Source: Mayamaea pseudoterrestris
Lineage: Eukaryota
Assembly: GCA_027923505.1 (NCBI GenBank)
Contig: BROI01000009.1
Span: forward strand, 930,001 to 994,000
DNA: 64,000 bases
Direction: 5' to 3'
Shown here: positions 24,668 through 36,223 of the stretch, in pieces
Layout of the letters: every line of letters begins with the position of its first letter
Position numbering within the stretch: the stretch's first letter is position 1
Made by a program: the position numbers and the translations under genes
Notes under the pieces: generated by a model
What the model was told of the DNA's origin: nothing
Seen by the model: only the letters and a program-made list of their open reading frames with translations
Database searches by the model: none

Positions 24668-27600
24668 ATGACTACGAATGTCTCTGCAGCGAAATGGAAA
24701 GTCTTCTTGTCGTCCATTAAAGACTCACTTCTCGATCAGCGTGGTGATGACAATGCCGATGCGTCCACCAACGGCATTGATTCTCCAACGACACTTCTGC
24801 AATATCAAGCGCTCCTGTGCTTGGAATGCGCGCAACGAGGCGTACTAGTGAATTACAGCGACAGTCCTTCTGCCATTTTGGAAGTTATTCGTGGAACGGC
24901 TGGCAAGCCATTGATGGATGCAAATGATGCGGCATTTGCAACGAGTTGCTTGCCAACGCCTTTGCTTTCGGGCATGTCGGTACTGCAGGGACGACTGGCC
25001 GAGTCTATAGCAAACGCAAGCATGACTCAAGAATTTCACTTAACGAAAACATTTGATACTAAAACGCTCCAGTCCGTTTTGCGGCGCTGTCAAGAGGTTA
25101 AGGATGCTCGCTTGGAGTGTCTCGTGCAACTGCTGCTGCTGCTTGTTGCGACTATTAACAATGATTCAAGCACATCAGCGCCGCAAATGGAACAACAACA
25201 AGCGAGTTTACTACGCATTCTTGCCGAAGGTTGCTACTATCGAGCGACGCACTTCACGCCGGATGCTCCGCCAATATGGAAGCGCATTGTTGACTTGCAC
25301 ATTGGATCATCGTGTCAGTCACACGACAATTGGAGAGCCGTCGTGGCCTTGGAACACTTGCAACTAATTGCAATTAACAAATCTAACCATAAGCGAGCAC
25401 TGGAACTAGGATTGACTCTGGCGGAATGCGTCATGAGTGTGGCAGATGACAAGGACGAGGGCAGCAGCAACGTGAACGACTCGGCGTCGCCCTTGACAAA
25501 ATTCTACTTGCAAACTTTAATCCATCCGCATCGACCAATCGAGCCGTATTCGCTATTGGAGGCGACGCAAAAGGCAATTCATTATTTAAAGTCAAATTAC
25601 GATGCGGCGAAGGACGACGATGACAATGGCAGTGCAATCGACAATCTACGTCGGCGACTCTTGGCGTTGCGCATATCGCTGGTCCGAGAGCAAGCACTCG
25701 TTGAACAAGTAGCTGAGACGGACTATACTGCAGCCAGGAATCGTTCCATGGTGGCTGTCAGTAAAAGGGATATCACTGTCAAGGCTCGACATAAACACTT
25801 GGTGGCAGCAGCGATGGAGAATGAGGCGGAGGAAGACGCAACAATTCACGAGCAAGCGACAAACCTTTGGATCACGCTACTTGCTGCGGATCAAGGCAAG
25901 TCAAACGATGAGGATGGTGGTCAAACGAATCATGATACGAGCAGCGTCACAGCAACTCTCCGCATCAAGCAAGCCAACGTTGCTTTGCAAACGTACTTAA
26001 CGCGCCAACAAGATCAGGCAAAAGCGCTGGCCAACTCAAAGCAATCGTTAGCGACAAAGAATGTACTGGTTGACGTATGGCGGCGTTTGCAAGAATATTG
26101 TCTTCTGATTTTGAATCATGTATTGGATGAAACACAAGAGTCCGCGATTGAACCAATAAGTCGATTAAACTATGACACTGATGCACTGGTTCTGGGTCGA
26201 CTGGCGTCATGGCTAGAGACGTCGGAACATTACCAGTTGGTGCAGCACGCTGTTTGTAGTCTGTTTTTTACGGAGTGGATGCTGTCGGGTGTTGATCCAT
26301 CGTCAACCCTGATTTCGCTGCCTCTGCTGCATCTCGCGCAGGATGTGATGCAATCCATGCTATCAAGCGAGCAAAATGCAAAAACTGCAACGAGTAGTAT
26401 CCAAGGAAACCTCGTTGAGAGTGGCAAACATTCAAGCAGCACTTTGTCAAGACTTGAGTGTGCCTTCCGATCCGCGCGAGCTTGGCTGTATCTGTCATCC
26501 GCCATTGACACCACGTCGGCAATACTGGAACGAAACATTGTCGCGGTTGCAACGAAAAATCTAGATGACGTAGCAGTTTTTGCTGATGCCATCTACGAGT
26601 TTGGGATGTCGTATCTGGAATTTTTGGTGTGCTGGTCGGGATTGTTTAAGGAAGCTTGGACGTTTTGTATTATGGCTGAAGCACGCAGCATTTTGCTGAA
26701 AGCAAGTACTTGCGTCAATTCGTCTGTCAAAGACTATGGCCGACCTCTGTCACTTGATGAAAGAGCCATTCTCGACATTGCCTCGGCGGATGCTGAGCTT
26801 GACAGTGGTGGTTTGATGGACGAAGCAAAGATGCAGTACAAAAAGTTTAGCGATCTTGGTACAACTGAATCGAACTCGGCCTTGTCGCACTTGATTATGA
26901 GCAAATGTATTTTTGCCCTTTGCGGCCTATCGCTACGCGCTAACCAAAATAGAGGCGACTTCGAAGCCACTATTCGTTCGCGATTGGCGGCGTTGGAGCA
27001 GATGCAACTGGAAGATGGGCATGGCCCGTTCTTCATGTGGAGAAGATCAGACGCCACCTCCCTTTCGCTTCAGTATCATCTCGCCGCCGGTCGGCAGCTT
27101 CTCGCCGATGTCTTGTTGCGGAGCGAGCGCGCGCTTGAAGCGCAATCGTTTTTGGAGCAAGCCGCTACTGATTCACCGAGTGACCCTGGAGCACTTCAAT
27201 CTCTCGGAACCTTCCATTTACGAATGTTGTTTTTTGCTAACGAAGGCGACAGTGTCGGACGCAGTAAACTTGCTCAAGCGTTTCTATTGAGGGCGGCGAA
27301 AGCTGATCCAACAAGAGCGTCACCGTTCGCCCTCCTTGGTTACTGGTACGAGCATACAAACGACATTGCTAGAGCCACCGGGTGTTACTCGAAAGCTCTT
27401 ATGATGGATCCATCGCATCCTGTGGCGGGGCGTGGACTTATTCGCTTGAAGGGGTTAGAAGGGCTCCATACTATCATTGAAAAAGCAACTGCGGAAACAG
27501 CATCTCTCAATGGGTGGGCTTGGTTTGCACTTGGCGTTCTCAAGATGAAATTGGAAGGAAACGATGACCTCGCCATTGTTTCCTTTGTTGCTGCTCTTCG

Positions 27601-29479
27601 TTGTCGCGATATAATGCGCCCTTGGTCTGACAACCTATCTTATTTCTATTCCGATCCGCAACACGCATGTCCCCCCAGTGTGACGGAGATGGTAGCTGCA
27701 TGCACCGAATTGGCAGGATGCTACCGTCGCGCCGGTAGGTACACAGCTTCCGCTCGTTGCTACGATACGGCAATCGATGCGGCTGGAAGTTCCGTGTCCA
27801 ATTCTATACTGTGTTGTTGCGCCCAAGGTATGTTGTAGTAAAGAATGGATTGCTTGCACTTATGAACTTTTGGACTAATTCATTTTTATTTTGAAGTTCA
27901 ATATGAGCTAGGTTTATTTGAAGAAGCTTCAGAGAACTTTATTAGCGCGGTGCAAAGTGAGGAGCATGCGACGAAAACAATGGCTTTATACGGACTGGGC
28001 TTGACGCTACTGGCCATTGCCAAAAGACATTTCGAAGATGGCAAAGCCGGAGCGGCTTTTGACGTTATCCGTAATGGTATTGACTACTGTAATCTGTCTG
28101 GCGACGAAGCAGCCTGCGTACTGAAACTAAATGGGGATTTGCACACCTTTGCCACCAATCTTCCGCCTGATTTATTTTCGACCGACGGTTCCGACGAAGA
28201 TCAGGCACTGGCCAACCAAGTGTTATTCGTGAGGGAAGGCATTGATTATTTTCGCAGGGCTGACATTATTATCGTACAGCGAAGCATAGCTGACGAAAAT
28301 ATAAATGCTTTACGTGCTTCTCTCGCATCAGACATTGGCAGCACCTTTCTTTCATTGGGACAACTCCTTGCCCATGCTGAAGGAAAAGGTCTGGGTCTTG
28401 TGTCTACGAGTTCTATTGATTTCTTTCTGCAAGCTAAGGAGGCATTCATTTTAGCTTTAAGATTGTTCCCAGAGTATTCGCCGGCGTGGTGTGGGCTCGG
28501 CTGTTCGGTTAGCACGACAGATGCCCTCATGGCTCAACATGCGTTTAGCAGATCGATTGAGCTCGAAAGTCTGTCGCCCGACGCGTATTCGAACTTGTCA
28601 TTCTTATATACAAGCAACAATGCAGTGGGCGCAAGTCGACAGATGAGTGATGCAGTCACCAAGATTGGCGACACTCCCTTCATGTGGATTAATCGAGCAT
28701 TGTTGGCAGAGCGGGACGCAAGGAGCGACATTAGCGTCGACAAGGATGCGATGCTTGTGCAAGCGGCGGACGCGTATCGTGCGGCATTACAAGTGTCAAC
28801 GACATTGGAAGCCAAGGAAGGACTCGCCATGACATGTCGAGTTAGCAATGATACTTGGCAGATGCAAAACCAAATGTCTCATCTTTTGGCGGAATACATC
28901 GGGTCAGCTGGAACATCAAATGTACCAGCTCAATTATTTCTTGGACTGACCGAGATCGAAACCGGGCTGCAAGGGTCCAACCATTCAAACAATCAACAAT
29001 TTGTTGAAGAAATAAGAAAAGTCATGAACTATTCCGACTCTGCAACACAAACGCTTCAAGCCATCGATGTCCAAACGATTGCTGCTGTACTGAAGGAACA
29101 CACTGCTGTCGCTTGCGTAGTTTCAAGTGACGCGCCCACAGTTGACATCGCTCGTAAGGTTTTTTATGAACCGGATCGAGGGGAACTATGGTTGGCATTG
29201 GGAAAGAGCATGTTACACCAGGACGACGATTCACCACATCAACTCCACAGCGCTTGGAGAGCACTCTGTAAAGGGCGTCGCATTCTCACAGAGTCTGTTG
29301 TATTTAGAGAAGCGAAAGCGGAAGACTTGTCTGACGCGCTTGCGCTTGAATACTGGATAGGTCAGGTGACAAGCATGCCTTGCGCACGATCCGTAGATGC
29401 TCACTTGCAGAAATCTTTGTTACTGAATCCAGGAAACAGTTTCGCTCGTGATATATTTCGAGAATCAAAATTGCGTTAA
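24668..29479 (+). CDS. SKI3: TPR protein, SKI3/TTC37 (superkiller complex)-like, 2 exons
   Basis: FALLGYWYEHTNDIARATGCYSKAL, WAWFALG and AWCGLG..AQHAFSRSIELE resemble conserved TTC37 segments as I recall them. Intron 27828-27896 is in frame. Confidence 0.7.
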
Positions 29480-29624
29480 TTATAGTAATTGTAAATTTAA
29501 TGTAACACTTATAGTTCTATGCGGAAAGAATTACAACAGCCGCACCGGTGTGAACCTTGAATCACGACAGATGTTGGGTTCCCAGTACATTTACTCCGAC
29601 GCTGGTGCAGGGAAATCGATTGCT

Positions 29625-31871
29625 TCATTCGATTCCAGTAAGGGCGCCAACCTGGTGCAACAAAGGGTACACTTGCGACATGAGAGCATCTCGTGCGCTA
29701 AATTCGAAGCAATACCACCAGACACCTTGCTCGTTCACTTTTCCACCACATCCGTTGGCCAAACACACTAGTTTGGTCTGCTCCTCCCGCCAAGCCGCAG
29801 TATACCAGGTAACATCGCCACATTTTACTGGCAAACAGCGGATGGACTCATCGACGCTGTCTAGGGGAATCTTGATGTTAGCAAAAAGAGATGACAACGA
29901 CGCTGAGTCTTGATTCGTCTGCAGGTGGATACAACTGCAGCGGTTTTCACCACACTGGACTGAGTTTGCAGTGCACCACGCCTCGTTCCGCGAAAGAACC
30001 CACTCGGGTCCAAATGTCGGCAAATCCGCTGGCCTAGCCATTGCTAACGCGACACGAGCAGGTTGCTCACTGTGCGTAGCACTGGCATAAGGCTTGGTGG
30101 GCTCCGGCGCCATTAAAGCGTCATCGACATGCACGCGCTTTCCAAAAGAGAAGCGGCCTGCGTTTGGTGGCGCCAGTCGTTCGACGATCGGACCCACTGC
30201 CAGGCAATTCAAATTCACTGCAGCTCCACAGCGGCCATTTATTTTCGAAAAGACGACGAGCGCCGCCGATTTGCCAGCTCTGAGTGCATCCTGCTTCGTC
30301 TCGTACCAGAACAGTCCATCGGGAGACTGTTGTGCCAGTCCACCCTCTGCAAAAATAATGCAACGCCCGCGACCAACATCGTCAGGTTTATTGCCGCTAG
30401 CGCTGGTGTAAAACGCCGTGTACCACGCCTTCCCGTTGCCGCCGTCGCTCGCGCGAATAATTTTCAAGCACTGATCGAAATGAGAGGCGACTTGTGTGGC
30501 ACTTGGATCCATGCGATTCCATGTCTCTGTCAAGCGTTGCCCAGACGGCCGGTAGATGTGAATGCGAGAGCATTTGCCTCCAAACCCACATTCCCCTCTT
30601 TTTTCATGCGCGGGACAAATATCTTGAAGCAAGTTGTCAGGAAGCCACGTTTCTCGAAGCAGGCGGGGCATGCTGCTGCCAGGAGGGGCTGGAGTGTTAT
30701 TTGCGGAAGCTTGATAAGAGAGATCTGGAAGGTCGTCGTATAGAAGTGACAAAGTGTCTTCCAAGTTATGATTGCCAAAGCGCTCGGCGTGTGGCAGTGG
30801 GGCAATATAGAGTTCATTGGTGTGAGTTGGCTGCGTGTTCGTTACGTCGTGACCTTCATTCGGTCCAAGCATCATACAAGCACCTTCTTCGTCATGACAG
30901 GCAGGATAGGTTGTATTCGTAAAAGCTTCAACAGTGAGAGTGCTTGTGACACAGTCTGTCTCTCCCAAAAGCGTTTTTGAGATTGAGATGGCTTCATCCA
31001 TCGTTGCAGCTTTTAAAAGGCGCTCAGTGCCGGCACTCTTGACTCGGATCTTGCCATGATGAGCATCCATCGCATTTACAGAATGGCTCTCAGATTCAAG
31101 TGTCTGCTCGTTGTCAATTCGATAGTCGGACCCTCCAACCTTGAGACGGACCGTGACAAGCTGCCCGCGGATCCAGGTTGCCAGTTCTGGCTTGTACATG
31201 GAACCATTAACTAAGAGTCGAACGGAAGTAGTGCGACTGCCATTCAACGCCGTGAGAGAGATTCGACATGATAGTTCAGTTTTTGGACCAAAGTAGAAAC
31301 CGATTTGGCAAAGCTTTTCGTATCGATCCACCGACAAGGCTGGCTTCTTTCCGGCGAGACCGTTCTTGTACATTGCTCTCTGGTTCCTAATCCAGCCGCG
31401 TAGCTTGACACCTCCCACCACGTAATCCTCAGGCGGCGGAACTTTGGTTCCATGCTTGTTTCGATAGTCAATGTAATACTGTAGGATCTTGCACCATTGT
31501 TCCAGATCCATAGCTGCCTTGGCCTTTCGAGGCAAACCCGCAATCTCGTTGCCATTTGCAAAGTGCACCTTCGAGGCGTCTGACGTCTCTGCAGCCATTG
31601 ATGCGGCTACCAAGACATTTTGCTGCGATTCGCCAGTTGCATGCATTCTCTTACGATTGGGCAGAGGTTGAGAATCGTCGAGCGAATGCTTCTTGGTCAA
31701 AACGATGCGGCTGTCCGCTGCAGAAACCGTTCCGCTTTGCTCGAGTAAATTCATCCCATGCAAACCAACTGCCCCTGGGGTACGCGACGCCATTGGTCGC
31801 ATTGCAGGGCTTGTCTTTTGTTTGACAAGCTTGATTGAATGTTGGTTGCTGTCTTTCTCATCCGTATCCAT
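29625..31871 (-). CDS. Helicase-associated (HA) domain protein with two CCCH-like + 'WYTA' modules
   Basis: HA pattern W..L..Y...HG..VP..Y....LRGWIRNQR..Y......LS.DRYEKL.QIGF. Zinc-finger pattern CPAHEKRGECGFGGKCSRIH. Start inferred at MDTDEK. Confidence 0.75.
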   Translation of the reverse strand: MDTDEKDSNQHSIKLVKQKTSPAMRPMASRTPGAVGLHGMNLLEQSGTVSAADSRIVLTKKHSLDDSQPLPNRKRMHATGESQQNVLVAASMAAETSDASKVHFANGNEIAGLPRKAKAAMDLEQWCKILQYYIDYRNKHGTKVPPPEDYVVGGVKLRGWIRNQRAMYKNGLAGKKPALSVDRYEKLCQIGFYFGPKTELSCRISLTALNGSRTTSVRLLVNGSMYKPELATWIRGQLVTVRLKVGGSDYRIDNEQTLESESHSVNAMDAHHGKIRVKSAGTERLLKAATMDEAISISKTLLGETDCVTSTLTVEAFTNTTYPACHDEEGACMMLGPNEGHDVTNTQPTHTNELYIAPLPHAERFGNHNLEDTLSLLYDDLPDLSYQASANNTPAPPGSSMPRLLRETWLPDNLLQDICPAHEKRGECGFGGKCSRIHIYRPSGQRLTETWNRMDPSATQVASHFDQCLKIIRASDGGNGKAWYTAFYTSASGNKPDDVGRGRCIIFAEGGLAQQSPDGLFWYETKQDALRAGKSAALVVFSKINGRCGAAVNLNCLAVGPIVERLAPPNAGRFSFGKRVHVDDALMAPEPTKPYASATHSEQPARVALAMARPADLPTFGPEWVLSRNEAWCTANSVQCGENRCSCIHLQTNQDSASLSSLFANIKIPLDSVDESIRCLPVKCGDVTWYTAAWREEQTKLVCLANGCGGKVNEQGVWWYCFEFSARDALMSQVYPLLHQVGALTGIE

Positions 31872-32227
31872 GGAGACGGATCCTCGGGCGGTATGAAAGA
31901 TATTCTTTCTCCATGGCCGAAGCAAATGCGTCAAGTGATAACGCACGACTCCGTATTTGTCGCATCGTTATCGTACGTCCATCATTCCTTCTTCCCCATC
32001 TCGTCGTCACCATGGCATCGGCGACAAGCCAACAACCTTATAATATACTTTGGCGTCGCTACTTGTACCTCGATAATTGCGTCTGACACACTGATAAGAG
32101 GCCTGCTTGATCTAATGACTGAACAGGCAGCTTTATCGAGGCGCGGGGCATCACACGCACCACATTCGCTCTGTAACTACTGGCACATAAATTATTATAA
32201 CGTAAAAGGATGCTATATTAGCCATAG

Positions 32228-35122
32228 TTACGAATACAAGTCGTCTTGTACTTGCTCCTCATCACCTGCACCCGTAGCAACCTCTGCAGAGTCAGCAAAC
32301 TTAAAATTGTTGGCAGCATCGCCTCGGCCAGCCTTTTGCTTCTCGGAGAATGCTTCAAACAAAGCGAGATCCTTTTCGCTTACACTTCGACGAGCTCGGC
32401 TCATGGCGAAGTTGAAGTGTCGCTTAGTGATGAGCATGTTTTGTGATACGTCTCTGGCATCCGCAGCTTCCATTTCACCCTCTTCAATTTGCTTATTTTG
32501 CTCCTCGGCGGCAAGAATGGCTTCTCGTATGGCAAGTTTCGACGCAGTTGTGCAAATTTCCGTGATATCGGCACCACTAAAGCCGTGCGTTGACCGAGCC
32601 ATTACCTCAATGTCAACGATCGGATCGACTGGTGCTTTGCGGAGCTGGGCTTTGAAAATGGCTGCTCGACTTTTGAAATCTGGTAGCGGAATGTAAATCA
32701 ATTGGTCAAGCCGACCAGGTCGAATGACGGCCGGGTCAAGAATATCGGGACGATTTGTTGCACCAATCACAAACACATTCTTGCGGGCGCCAACACCGTC
32801 AATCTCGGTCAAAATTTGGTTAATGACGCGGTCACCGGCCTCACTCCCTCCAGCACCTCCACTGCCGCGGGTCTTTGCAATCGAGTCCATCTCGTCAAAC
32901 ATGAGAATGCAGGGAGAAGCAGCCCGAGCCTTGTCGAAGAGCTCACGGACATTTGCCTCACTCTCACCAAACCATTGTGTCAAGAGCTCAGGGCCCTTGA
33001 TGCTGATGAAATTGGCACCGCATTCGTTGGCGATTGCCTTGGCCAGCAGGGTCTTTCCACAACCAGGAGGTCCGTAGAAAAGGACACCTTTGCTGGGGCT
33101 CATTCCGAACTTGATATACTTCTCGGCGTGCTCGACAGGATACTGCACGGTTTCGTGAAGCTCTCGCTTGACATCTTCCAAGCCACCAACGTCCTCCCAG
33201 TGAACGTCAGGAATCTCCACTTGATTCTCACGGAGAGATGACGGTGCAACAATTCCCATGGCGTGATCAAAATGTTTCGATTGGACGACAATACTATCCA
33301 GAACCTGCTTGTCGACGCTATCCTTGTCAAAGTCAATAAGGCCCATCTTGCTGCGAATACATTCCAATGCAGCTTCCATACAAAGCTGCTGCAAATCTGC
33401 GCCAACGTATCCGTGTGTATTGCGTGCAAGCAGTTCCAAGTCAACGTCGCTTCCAAGTCGCATGTCTCGCGTCTTGATTTGTAAAATCTCCAACCGGCCT
33501 GGCGCATCGGGAATACCCATGTCAAGCTCGCGATCAAATCGTCCCGGACGTCGAAGCGCCGGCTCAATCACACTCGGTCGGTTCGTTGCAGCAATGACAA
33601 TCACCTTTGATGCCGGTTTAATGCCATCCATCAACGTCAATAGCTGCGACACCATGCGCTTTTCAACTTCGCCACCCGCCTTTTCACGCTTAGGCGCAAG
33701 TGAATCAAGCTCGTCAATGAAAATAATTGCTCCATTGCTGTCCTCCGCATTGCTTTCAGCAGTTTCAAAGGCTCGTCGCAGATTGGATTCAGACTCGCCA
33801 GCGCGCTTGGAAATCAGCTCGGGTCCATTAATGACAAAAAAGTATGCACCCGTTTCCGCAGCAACAGCCCGCGCCATGGCCGTCTTTCCAGATCCAGGAG
33901 GCCCAGTTAGCAAGACTCCCCGAGGCGGATTGATTCCAAGTTTGCCCCATAGCTCGGGATGCCGCAGTGGTAGCTCCACCAACTCACGAACGGCGGCAAG
34001 ATGCTTGCTCGCTCCTCCAATCTGGTCGTACCCGGCATCTTCCAAGTCGTCGTAATCGTCTCGCTCCAGCGCGTCGCCCAAGTATGCAACTTCTGTGTCG
34101 TCCACAATAATGCATGCATTGTCACCATCTTGACCTTCCGAGTCAATCTCAACAATTTGAAACTGAATCTTGCCAAGGGGCCCATCGATAAAAAATGAAT
34201 CGTCTTGATGTACCGAACGAAACTTTTTATCAAAATACGGCTTGATGTAATCATCGAATAAATTCGCATCCTCAATACTCTTCGCTCCTGTCGAATCAAG
34301 CGAGTCTTGAAATGGCAGTATCAAAACTCGCTTTCCAAATTTGACAGTTGGCGCCGGCGTAACAGTCACGGAGTCGCCTTGACGCACCCCAGCATTCTTC
34401 ATGGCATCGTCCGACATGCCTAACTTTGGTTTCTCGCTGGATCCAGTATTTGCCGCAAGCGACGTAACGTCGGACGCATCCAAAATTGCCACGGTTGCAA
34501 TCGTCTTCTTGCCGCGCTTGCCCTTGATCATGACCGAGTCGCCTTCAAAGAGTCCCATTTGCGTCAATACTAGCTCGGGCATGCCGACAATGGAATGTCC
34601 CTGGTCACTGTTATATGAAAATACCTGCATTGAGTTTTTTGCAGCTGATCCCATGATTGCCATGCTCAAATCGGCTGCAGCAGTTGGGTCGATGCTATGC
34701 TTTGCTTTTGTCGTCGTCGATGACGAAGTCGGTTTTGCAGCAGCTACAGCAGCAGCAGCTTCCTTGTGCTTGTGCTTTTTCTTCTTCTTTGAGGACTTTT
34801 TCTTTAAGCTTTTTGATTTGGTTTCGTCATTGTCATTTACTGCAGCTGTAGGACGAAAAGAAAGGGTTTGACAGGTTTAGAAATAGATAACGACGAAGCA
34901 AGCTTGTACAGCTCGTTCCATTCATGGAACTTGCGCATCTATACGCCGATCTTCCATACCTGTAGAGCCTCCTCTGGTCGCAATCAAGTTTTCCAATCTT
35001 CCAAACGAAGATGTTCCTATCAATGTACTGCGCCTTGGAATCGTCCAAATATTCGCATCCGATGAGCTAACGTTGGAAAGCAGCAGCACTAGGAGTGCGG
35101 CTTGCTGCGACGAAAGAATCAT
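32228..35122 (-). CDS. CDC48: CDC48/p97 AAA ATPase with bipartite N-terminal targeting peptide (probable periplastid sCdc48 of SELMA), 2 exons
   Basis: Two Walker A/B sets (GPPGSGKT/IIFIDE and GPPGCGKT/LMFDE), RPGR arginine fingers, C-terminal DDLYS. Exon 1 is 35122-34960 (MILSSQQAALLVLLL..TRGGST); intron 34959-34846 is in frame. Confidence 0.92.
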
Positions 35123-35357
35123 TGTGCAGCAATGGCGGGAATAGTGAATTGTCAAGTTGATCAAATTGAACTCCTTCGTAGAAAGACTTTACAATAGTAT
35201 AGCCAAGTAATACTATTACAGCAGTGCAACAACTCCCTTGTCACGTGTCGAAAATGGAACATCACAAGCAACAACATCAACATGCGGTCCTCGCGCAACC
35301 GAATGACGATCGTTCGTGTACCGCTAGGTCTTCATGTCACGCTTTTTAGTCACGCAT

Positions 35358-35667
35358 TCGAGCCACAGTCATCGTCCGTTGAAAATCAAAGTTTTTGGCA
35401 CTACTGTTTGAGACAGTCATCATCCGTTGAAAATCAAAGTTTTTGGCACTACTGTTAGAGACACAGTCAACGTACGTTGAAAATCAAAGTTTTTGCCACA
35501 ACTGTTTGAGCCCCAGTCATCGTCCGTTGAAAATCAAAGTTTTTGGCACTACAGTTCGAGCCACAGTTATGGTCCGTTGAAAATCAAAGTTTTTGGCACT
35601 ACTGTTCGAGCCACAGTCATCGTCCGTTGAAAATCAAAGTTTTTGGCACTACTGTTTGAGCCACAGT
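35358..35667. repeat. 50-bp minisatellite, about 6 units
   Basis: GTTGAAAATCAAAGTTTTTG at 35378, 35426, 35476, 35526, 35576 and 35626. Confidence 0.95.
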
Positions 35668-36091
35668 GGTTTCTTTGATGAGCCAATCAGAGCGCTCGAG
35701 ACGACCATCGATGACCAGATGACCATGATGATTTTCTGCCCTTCATGATCTCGACGACGCGACCCTCTGTTACTATAATCCACGAACAAGCGTCGTCTCT
35801 CTAGGCTGCAAGTGCTTGTCGACTACAACAGCGCAATGTGCATGACAAAAGTTTAGCCACTGCTATAGTACGATGAGCGAACAGGCTCTTTTGAAGCATA
35901 CTTCGATGGTGACGACGACGACGACGACTCTCTTCTGCTTTCATCAACCTCAATAACTTGACGACCCCGCAGCTGTCACTCATTTCGGTCGCTAGATATG
36001 CAGACTTGCTCTTGCCAAGTCAATACTTTCATGTTCAGTTGCAACGCCAAGGGCGGTTTTCCTTCCCCCGGCCCACACACCCCGCAAAACT

Positions 36092-36179
36092 TCGTTCCCC
36101 TCTTCTTACCAAGTTAGCAGACTGATCATCTTCTACTTGACCAAGTACTCAAGGTAACTCGACACAAGTTGCATTGATA
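36092..36179 (+). repeat. Partial 5' LTR (3' 88 bp only)
   Basis: Matches 42207-42294. The upstream sequence does not match 41996-42206. Confidence 0.85.
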
Positions 36180-36223
36180 GGTTATTCGCTCAAAGCAAGA
36201 AGGATGTCGCCAATTGGCGCCCG

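Noticed and set aside
35358..35667. CRISPR-like look of the GTTGAAAATC... and 42-bp arrays
   Set aside because: Linkers are near-identical or mutually alignable rather than unique spacers, there are no cas genes, and the context is eukaryotic.
35700..36090. Short ORF fragments on either side of the Copia element (also 42295-43070) as a disrupted gene
   Set aside because: No continuous frame or recognisable motif across the insertion.
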